DNA of 64,000 bases from Naegleria gruberi (taxonomy: Eukaryota): assembly GCA_000004985.1 (NCBI GenBank), contig GG738878.1; one strand, given 5' to 3'. The notes under the pieces are model-generated. The model was not told where the DNA came from. It did not search any database and worked only from the letters and a program-made list of their open reading frames with translations. This document shows, one piece after another, positions 56,436 to 64,000 of the stretch. Within the stretch, counting starts at the first letter, position 1; every line of letters begins with the position of its first letter. The position numbers were made by a program, and so were the translations under genes.

Positions 56436-56728
56436 TTTGGGTTTGGGTTTGGGTTTGGGTTTGGGTTTGGGTTTGGGTTTGGGTTTGGGTTTGGGTTTGG
56501 GTTTGGGTTTGGGTTTGGGTTTGGGTTTGGGTTTGGGTTTGGGTTTGGGTTTGGGTTTGGGTTTGGGTTTGGGTTTGGGTTTGGGTTTGGGTTTGGGTTT
56601 GGGTTTGGGTTTGGGTTTGGGTTGGGTTTTGGTTTTGGTTTGGGTTGGGTTTGGGTTTGGGTTTGGGGTTGGGTTTGGGTTTGGGTTTGGGTTTGGGTTT
56701 GGGTTTGGGTTTGGGTTTGGGTTTGGGT
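56436..56728 (+). repeat. (GGGTTT)n telomere-like array 3, running into a 5.3-kb N gap
   Basis: Read directly. Degenerate units (GGGCTAGGGTTTGAAGGTTGGGTTTAG) lie just before it at 56391-56418. Internal variants are GGGTTGGGTTTTGGTTTTGGTTTGGGTTGGG. The gap is 56729-62006. Confidence 0.95.
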
Positions 56729-59700
56729 NNNNNNNNNNNNNNNNNNNNNNNNNNNNNNNNNNNNNNNNNNNNNNNNNNNNNNNNNNNNNNNNNNNNNNNN
56801 NNNNNNNNNNNNNNNNNNNNNNNNNNNNNNNNNNNNNNNNNNNNNNNNNNNNNNNNNNNNNNNNNNNNNNNNNNNNNNNNNNNNNNNNNNNNNNNNNNNN
56901 NNNNNNNNNNNNNNNNNNNNNNNNNNNNNNNNNNNNNNNNNNNNNNNNNNNNNNNNNNNNNNNNNNNNNNNNNNNNNNNNNNNNNNNNNNNNNNNNNNNN
57001 NNNNNNNNNNNNNNNNNNNNNNNNNNNNNNNNNNNNNNNNNNNNNNNNNNNNNNNNNNNNNNNNNNNNNNNNNNNNNNNNNNNNNNNNNNNNNNNNNNNN
57101 NNNNNNNNNNNNNNNNNNNNNNNNNNNNNNNNNNNNNNNNNNNNNNNNNNNNNNNNNNNNNNNNNNNNNNNNNNNNNNNNNNNNNNNNNNNNNNNNNNNN
57201 NNNNNNNNNNNNNNNNNNNNNNNNNNNNNNNNNNNNNNNNNNNNNNNNNNNNNNNNNNNNNNNNNNNNNNNNNNNNNNNNNNNNNNNNNNNNNNNNNNNN
57301 NNNNNNNNNNNNNNNNNNNNNNNNNNNNNNNNNNNNNNNNNNNNNNNNNNNNNNNNNNNNNNNNNNNNNNNNNNNNNNNNNNNNNNNNNNNNNNNNNNNN
57401 NNNNNNNNNNNNNNNNNNNNNNNNNNNNNNNNNNNNNNNNNNNNNNNNNNNNNNNNNNNNNNNNNNNNNNNNNNNNNNNNNNNNNNNNNNNNNNNNNNNN
57501 NNNNNNNNNNNNNNNNNNNNNNNNNNNNNNNNNNNNNNNNNNNNNNNNNNNNNNNNNNNNNNNNNNNNNNNNNNNNNNNNNNNNNNNNNNNNNNNNNNNN
57601 NNNNNNNNNNNNNNNNNNNNNNNNNNNNNNNNNNNNNNNNNNNNNNNNNNNNNNNNNNNNNNNNNNNNNNNNNNNNNNNNNNNNNNNNNNNNNNNNNNNN
57701 NNNNNNNNNNNNNNNNNNNNNNNNNNNNNNNNNNNNNNNNNNNNNNNNNNNNNNNNNNNNNNNNNNNNNNNNNNNNNNNNNNNNNNNNNNNNNNNNNNNN
57801 NNNNNNNNNNNNNNNNNNNNNNNNNNNNNNNNNNNNNNNNNNNNNNNNNNNNNNNNNNNNNNNNNNNNNNNNNNNNNNNNNNNNNNNNNNNNNNNNNNNN
57901 NNNNNNNNNNNNNNNNNNNNNNNNNNNNNNNNNNNNNNNNNNNNNNNNNNNNNNNNNNNNNNNNNNNNNNNNNNNNNNNNNNNNNNNNNNNNNNNNNNNN
58001 NNNNNNNNNNNNNNNNNNNNNNNNNNNNNNNNNNNNNNNNNNNNNNNNNNNNNNNNNNNNNNNNNNNNNNNNNNNNNNNNNNNNNNNNNNNNNNNNNNNN
58101 NNNNNNNNNNNNNNNNNNNNNNNNNNNNNNNNNNNNNNNNNNNNNNNNNNNNNNNNNNNNNNNNNNNNNNNNNNNNNNNNNNNNNNNNNNNNNNNNNNNN
58201 NNNNNNNNNNNNNNNNNNNNNNNNNNNNNNNNNNNNNNNNNNNNNNNNNNNNNNNNNNNNNNNNNNNNNNNNNNNNNNNNNNNNNNNNNNNNNNNNNNNN
58301 NNNNNNNNNNNNNNNNNNNNNNNNNNNNNNNNNNNNNNNNNNNNNNNNNNNNNNNNNNNNNNNNNNNNNNNNNNNNNNNNNNNNNNNNNNNNNNNNNNNN
58401 NNNNNNNNNNNNNNNNNNNNNNNNNNNNNNNNNNNNNNNNNNNNNNNNNNNNNNNNNNNNNNNNNNNNNNNNNNNNNNNNNNNNNNNNNNNNNNNNNNNN
58501 NNNNNNNNNNNNNNNNNNNNNNNNNNNNNNNNNNNNNNNNNNNNNNNNNNNNNNNNNNNNNNNNNNNNNNNNNNNNNNNNNNNNNNNNNNNNNNNNNNNN
58601 NNNNNNNNNNNNNNNNNNNNNNNNNNNNNNNNNNNNNNNNNNNNNNNNNNNNNNNNNNNNNNNNNNNNNNNNNNNNNNNNNNNNNNNNNNNNNNNNNNNN
58701 NNNNNNNNNNNNNNNNNNNNNNNNNNNNNNNNNNNNNNNNNNNNNNNNNNNNNNNNNNNNNNNNNNNNNNNNNNNNNNNNNNNNNNNNNNNNNNNNNNNN
58801 NNNNNNNNNNNNNNNNNNNNNNNNNNNNNNNNNNNNNNNNNNNNNNNNNNNNNNNNNNNNNNNNNNNNNNNNNNNNNNNNNNNNNNNNNNNNNNNNNNNN
58901 NNNNNNNNNNNNNNNNNNNNNNNNNNNNNNNNNNNNNNNNNNNNNNNNNNNNNNNNNNNNNNNNNNNNNNNNNNNNNNNNNNNNNNNNNNNNNNNNNNNN
59001 NNNNNNNNNNNNNNNNNNNNNNNNNNNNNNNNNNNNNNNNNNNNNNNNNNNNNNNNNNNNNNNNNNNNNNNNNNNNNNNNNNNNNNNNNNNNNNNNNNNN
59101 NNNNNNNNNNNNNNNNNNNNNNNNNNNNNNNNNNNNNNNNNNNNNNNNNNNNNNNNNNNNNNNNNNNNNNNNNNNNNNNNNNNNNNNNNNNNNNNNNNNN
59201 NNNNNNNNNNNNNNNNNNNNNNNNNNNNNNNNNNNNNNNNNNNNNNNNNNNNNNNNNNNNNNNNNNNNNNNNNNNNNNNNNNNNNNNNNNNNNNNNNNNN
59301 NNNNNNNNNNNNNNNNNNNNNNNNNNNNNNNNNNNNNNNNNNNNNNNNNNNNNNNNNNNNNNNNNNNNNNNNNNNNNNNNNNNNNNNNNNNNNNNNNNNN
59401 NNNNNNNNNNNNNNNNNNNNNNNNNNNNNNNNNNNNNNNNNNNNNNNNNNNNNNNNNNNNNNNNNNNNNNNNNNNNNNNNNNNNNNNNNNNNNNNNNNNN
59501 NNNNNNNNNNNNNNNNNNNNNNNNNNNNNNNNNNNNNNNNNNNNNNNNNNNNNNNNNNNNNNNNNNNNNNNNNNNNNNNNNNNNNNNNNNNNNNNNNNNN
59601 NNNNNNNNNNNNNNNNNNNNNNNNNNNNNNNNNNNNNNNNNNNNNNNNNNNNNNNNNNNNNNNNNNNNNNNNNNNNNNNNNNNNNNNNNNNNNNNNNNNN

Positions 59701-62006
59701 NNNNNNNNNNNNNNNNNNNNNNNNNNNNNNNNNNNNNNNNNNNNNNNNNNNNNNNNNNNNNNNNNNNNNNNNNNNNNNNNNNNNNNNNNNNNNNNNNNNN
59801 NNNNNNNNNNNNNNNNNNNNNNNNNNNNNNNNNNNNNNNNNNNNNNNNNNNNNNNNNNNNNNNNNNNNNNNNNNNNNNNNNNNNNNNNNNNNNNNNNNNN
59901 NNNNNNNNNNNNNNNNNNNNNNNNNNNNNNNNNNNNNNNNNNNNNNNNNNNNNNNNNNNNNNNNNNNNNNNNNNNNNNNNNNNNNNNNNNNNNNNNNNNN
60001 NNNNNNNNNNNNNNNNNNNNNNNNNNNNNNNNNNNNNNNNNNNNNNNNNNNNNNNNNNNNNNNNNNNNNNNNNNNNNNNNNNNNNNNNNNNNNNNNNNNN
60101 NNNNNNNNNNNNNNNNNNNNNNNNNNNNNNNNNNNNNNNNNNNNNNNNNNNNNNNNNNNNNNNNNNNNNNNNNNNNNNNNNNNNNNNNNNNNNNNNNNNN
60201 NNNNNNNNNNNNNNNNNNNNNNNNNNNNNNNNNNNNNNNNNNNNNNNNNNNNNNNNNNNNNNNNNNNNNNNNNNNNNNNNNNNNNNNNNNNNNNNNNNNN
60301 NNNNNNNNNNNNNNNNNNNNNNNNNNNNNNNNNNNNNNNNNNNNNNNNNNNNNNNNNNNNNNNNNNNNNNNNNNNNNNNNNNNNNNNNNNNNNNNNNNNN
60401 NNNNNNNNNNNNNNNNNNNNNNNNNNNNNNNNNNNNNNNNNNNNNNNNNNNNNNNNNNNNNNNNNNNNNNNNNNNNNNNNNNNNNNNNNNNNNNNNNNNN
60501 NNNNNNNNNNNNNNNNNNNNNNNNNNNNNNNNNNNNNNNNNNNNNNNNNNNNNNNNNNNNNNNNNNNNNNNNNNNNNNNNNNNNNNNNNNNNNNNNNNNN
60601 NNNNNNNNNNNNNNNNNNNNNNNNNNNNNNNNNNNNNNNNNNNNNNNNNNNNNNNNNNNNNNNNNNNNNNNNNNNNNNNNNNNNNNNNNNNNNNNNNNNN
60701 NNNNNNNNNNNNNNNNNNNNNNNNNNNNNNNNNNNNNNNNNNNNNNNNNNNNNNNNNNNNNNNNNNNNNNNNNNNNNNNNNNNNNNNNNNNNNNNNNNNN
60801 NNNNNNNNNNNNNNNNNNNNNNNNNNNNNNNNNNNNNNNNNNNNNNNNNNNNNNNNNNNNNNNNNNNNNNNNNNNNNNNNNNNNNNNNNNNNNNNNNNNN
60901 NNNNNNNNNNNNNNNNNNNNNNNNNNNNNNNNNNNNNNNNNNNNNNNNNNNNNNNNNNNNNNNNNNNNNNNNNNNNNNNNNNNNNNNNNNNNNNNNNNNN
61001 NNNNNNNNNNNNNNNNNNNNNNNNNNNNNNNNNNNNNNNNNNNNNNNNNNNNNNNNNNNNNNNNNNNNNNNNNNNNNNNNNNNNNNNNNNNNNNNNNNNN
61101 NNNNNNNNNNNNNNNNNNNNNNNNNNNNNNNNNNNNNNNNNNNNNNNNNNNNNNNNNNNNNNNNNNNNNNNNNNNNNNNNNNNNNNNNNNNNNNNNNNNN
61201 NNNNNNNNNNNNNNNNNNNNNNNNNNNNNNNNNNNNNNNNNNNNNNNNNNNNNNNNNNNNNNNNNNNNNNNNNNNNNNNNNNNNNNNNNNNNNNNNNNNN
61301 NNNNNNNNNNNNNNNNNNNNNNNNNNNNNNNNNNNNNNNNNNNNNNNNNNNNNNNNNNNNNNNNNNNNNNNNNNNNNNNNNNNNNNNNNNNNNNNNNNNN
61401 NNNNNNNNNNNNNNNNNNNNNNNNNNNNNNNNNNNNNNNNNNNNNNNNNNNNNNNNNNNNNNNNNNNNNNNNNNNNNNNNNNNNNNNNNNNNNNNNNNNN
61501 NNNNNNNNNNNNNNNNNNNNNNNNNNNNNNNNNNNNNNNNNNNNNNNNNNNNNNNNNNNNNNNNNNNNNNNNNNNNNNNNNNNNNNNNNNNNNNNNNNNN
61601 NNNNNNNNNNNNNNNNNNNNNNNNNNNNNNNNNNNNNNNNNNNNNNNNNNNNNNNNNNNNNNNNNNNNNNNNNNNNNNNNNNNNNNNNNNNNNNNNNNNN
61701 NNNNNNNNNNNNNNNNNNNNNNNNNNNNNNNNNNNNNNNNNNNNNNNNNNNNNNNNNNNNNNNNNNNNNNNNNNNNNNNNNNNNNNNNNNNNNNNNNNNN
61801 NNNNNNNNNNNNNNNNNNNNNNNNNNNNNNNNNNNNNNNNNNNNNNNNNNNNNNNNNNNNNNNNNNNNNNNNNNNNNNNNNNNNNNNNNNNNNNNNNNNN
61901 NNNNNNNNNNNNNNNNNNNNNNNNNNNNNNNNNNNNNNNNNNNNNNNNNNNNNNNNNNNNNNNNNNNNNNNNNNNNNNNNNNNNNNNNNNNNNNNNNNNN
62001 NNNNNN
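56729..62006. other. assembly gap (N run, 5278 nt)
   Basis: Contiguous N. Confidence 1.
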
Positions 62007-62304
62007 TTATCCACAATTTTCTGAATCCAACATAGATAATGCAAAGATTAGATATATTAAGGATATTTTCTTTATTGAATTCAATGGCTTATTTTATGCG
62101 ATTAGCAGTTGTCATAATGTGAGATATGTGGTGGATGCTTCAAAAGAATTTGATGGAATTCCTGGAAACAATTATCAAGTTACTGCACACTCAAGAACAG
62201 TTGTTTTTTACAAAACATGTTCAGCAGTCATTTATCCCAAGTTAGCTACTCATCTTCAAAATCGATCAATACTCACTGATTGCTATTTTCAGTTTGAATC
62301 ATGA
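62007..62304 (+). CDS. 3' fragment of an unidentified gene emerging from the gap
   Basis: The frame is open from the gap edge to a stop at 62302-62304 (YPQFSESNIDNAKIRYIKDIFFIEFNGLFYAISSCHNVRYVVDASKEF...). Composition is coding-like and I recognise no domain. Confidence 0.35.
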
Positions 62305-62511
62305 TTTGTAAGGTGAATATTGCAAATGAAAACACTCTATTTACATGTGGAACATTGAGATTACTTATCAAAATAAGTTTCTGGTCTGTGCTAAACTGAA
62401 ATTGAGGTCAATTTTACAAAGATGTTATTGAGAACCGAAGTTGGGTACTGCTGTGAAGAAAACTATGCAATTTGTAAATGAACCTTTCCATAATTATAGT
62501 TATCAAAAAAA

Positions 62512-63276
62512 ATGTCAACAATTAAAGAAGAGGATTCATCATGGATTGATGAATATCAAACTTCGGAACAGAAAGAGGATTTTGGATTTAAATATGAAGA
62601 GGAAATTCCACTTTCGTATAATTTTTCATCTCATAAAGTTGAAACTCTTTCGGATCACATTTCTGCTGAAATATTCGAGAATTATGATAAGACTCAAATT
62701 AAAGTTGTAGATTTGTTTCCAAATAATCGAATGGGGTTAACTGGATTTTTAATAGAAAATTGTTTTTCATCAGACGAATGCCAACTAATGATTAAAGCAA
62801 TGGAAACGGTTGGACTTGATTTCAAGTTGAGTGGAAATCGTCATTGCTTTAGAAAATCAATCATGGATGAGAAGCTCTCTGAAATTCTATTCGAAAGAAG
62901 TCGAGACTTTCTTCCACAATCTTACAAAGTTTCTGGAATTGATAGACCTCTTCAAGGCCTCAATCCCATGATTCGATACATCAAGTATCTCCACAAGAAA
63001 TTCGGTCACAAATTCGGACCTCACGTAGATGCTGCCAATCATTCCAACAATTGTAAAAGTTTCTTTACATTCATGGTTTATTTGAATGATGATTTTGAGG
63101 GAGGAGAAACTGTCTTTCTAGAGAAGGGTTTCCAAGCTCGTATTAAACCAAAAACTGGAACTGTTTGTGTATTTGAGCAAGATGTAAGACAACTCTTACA
63201 CGAAGGTCTGGAAGTTGAAGGAGACGAAAATTGTAAAAAGTACATTCTCAGATCAGATGTCATGTACCGTCCTTAA
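62512..63276 (+). CDS. 2-oxoglutarate/Fe(II)-dependent dioxygenase, prolyl-4-hydroxylase-like
   Basis: A 254-aa ORF. It has the HxD...H iron triad and the 2OG-binding RxS (FGPHVDAANH...FTFMVYLNDDFEGGETVF...LLHEGLEVEG...KYILRSDVMY), as in the P4Hc fold. Confidence 0.75.
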   Translation: MSTIKEEDSSWIDEYQTSEQKEDFGFKYEEEIPLSYNFSSHKVETLSDHISAEIFENYDKTQIKVVDLFPNNRMGLTGFLIENCFSSDECQLMIKAMETVGLDFKLSGNRHCFRKSIMDEKLSEILFERSRDFLPQSYKVSGIDRPLQGLNPMIRYIKYLHKKFGHKFGPHVDAANHSNNCKSFFTFMVYLNDDFEGGETVFLEKGFQARIKPKTGTVCVFEQDVRQLLHEGLEVEGDENCKKYILRSDVMYRP

Positions 63277-63700
63277 TTGATGAGGAGAACAATGCAATTT
63301 CACAATAAACATCTAGCTCTACATCTGGACAACTTATTTTCAAAGCAGCAATTTTTGATTCCTTTCCATTACGTCATTTACAATATGAACGTTGAAAATG
63401 TTTCAGAAATTTCAAACTTCACTTACCAGATGCAGCTTGGAGGGAAATTAGAAGCAAAATTTAAAAAAAAAGCAAACAACGTTAAGCGTAAACATTAGGA
63501 AGATCTTTTAGAATCGTATTAAACATTTATTATCATCATAGTAATAATATAAATATTAATAGTGAGAGAATCATATTTGTGTTATTGTTGGTGAAAAGGA
63601 ATAACAAATAGAAGATCAATTTTGATAAATATTATAATTTAATATTATAACGGAAAATAATTAAAAACAAATCAACAACAATTCTCGGAGAAGGAAGAAA

Positions 63701-64000
63701 ATGGTCAAAATTTACGGATTATTCATCTTGAAACAACAACATTCAAGCAAACCTTTAGTGTTGAGTAGTAATGTAGATAGTGGATGGTATAGTTTCTTCT
63801 ATACTGATCAAATCACAGAAATTACAGTCTTTTTGGCTAAATTATTGGCAGAAAAGACTCAACCTGGATTGAGACAACAAGTTGAAAAGGATGATTTGGT
63901 TGGTTATGTACAAAAAACAAAGGAAGGAATGAGTTGTGTATTGGTCACTGATAAGGATTATCCATTAAGAGTGGCTTTTGATTTGGTTAGATATACTTGA
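63701..64000 (+). CDS. ykt6: YKT6-type longin-domain SNARE, N-terminal part; runs off the window end
   Basis: MVKIYGLFILKQQHSSKPLVLSSNVD..SFFYTDQITEITVFLAKLLAEKTQPG...DDLVGYVQKTKEGMSCVLVTDKDYPLRVAFDLV parallels YKT6 MKLYSLSVLYKG..KVVLLKAAYDVSSFSFFQRSSVQEFMTF...ADNEYPSRVAFTLLEKV. Confidence 0.75.
   Translation: MVKIYGLFILKQQHSSKPLVLSSNVDSGWYSFFYTDQITEITVFLAKLLAEKTQPGLRQQVEKDDLVGYVQKTKEGMSCVLVTDKDYPLRVAFDLVRYT

Noticed and set aside
53288-62304. ORFs translating as VWVWVW..., GLGLGL..., FGFGFG..., KPKPKP... or TQTQTQ..., and the 1800-1967-aa X-run ORFs
   Set aside because: These are frame translations of the (GGGTTT)n/(AAACCC)n hexamer arrays and of the N gaps, and they are not genes. Only the 62007-62304 tail is real sequence.
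1-64000. Prokaryotic-style features (CRISPR arrays, operons, RBS/-10/-35 promoters, defence-system gene clusters)
   Set aside because: The window is clearly eukaryotic. It has spliceosomal introns, a ribosomal protein L15e, tubulin, kinesin, a Pol III tRNA and telomere-like repeats. I see no direct-repeat/spacer arrays and no operon-like co-oriented overlapping genes.

Overview
This 64-kb window is eukaryotic nuclear DNA from a draft assembly. It contains four N-runs. It is AT-rich, and its genes carry short GT..AG introns of about 42-190 nt with GTAAGT, GTAGGT or GTGAGT donors. One tRNA gene sits alone. The protein repertoire (F-box/LRR, ABCA, DUF4116 repeats, a phage-type lysozyme, PARG, 7TM-RGS) is most consistent with an amoebozoan, possibly a dictyostelid-like social amoeba, but I cannot name the species from sequence alone. 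I call about 30 protein-coding genes, one tRNA-Val(UAC) with a Pol III T-run, one piggyBac-like transposon and several (GGGTTT)n arrays. The features worth a second look are listed below, in window order.

1. Two secreted proteins with a phage-type GH24 lysozyme-like domain sit in inverted orientation. They bracket a head-to-head pair of half-size ABCA transporter genes, so the region looks like an old inverted segmental duplication.
2. A divergent tubulin-family gene has a degenerate glycine-rich GTP loop.
3. Three near-identical genes (two complete, one cut by an assembly gap) encode an N-terminal NHL beta-propeller followed by a C-terminal BTB/POZ-like domain. One copy is interrupted by an assembly gap.
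4. A piggyBac-like transposase ORF flanked by imperfect inverted repeats lies between the two halves of an FAD-dependent monooxygenase gene.
5. Three same-orientation telomere-like (GGGTTT)n arrays each run into an N-gap. This suggests chromosome ends joined by scaffolding, or interstitial telomeric tracts.
6. At least four conserved genes show apparent +/-1 frameshifts at homopolymer runs. These are either draft-sequencing indels or pseudogenes.

ORF-track entries made of X runs or of VWVW, GLGL or FGFG translations are artifacts of the gaps and the hexamer repeats. I saw no prokaryotic-style systems such as CRISPR, operons or RBS-driven genes.
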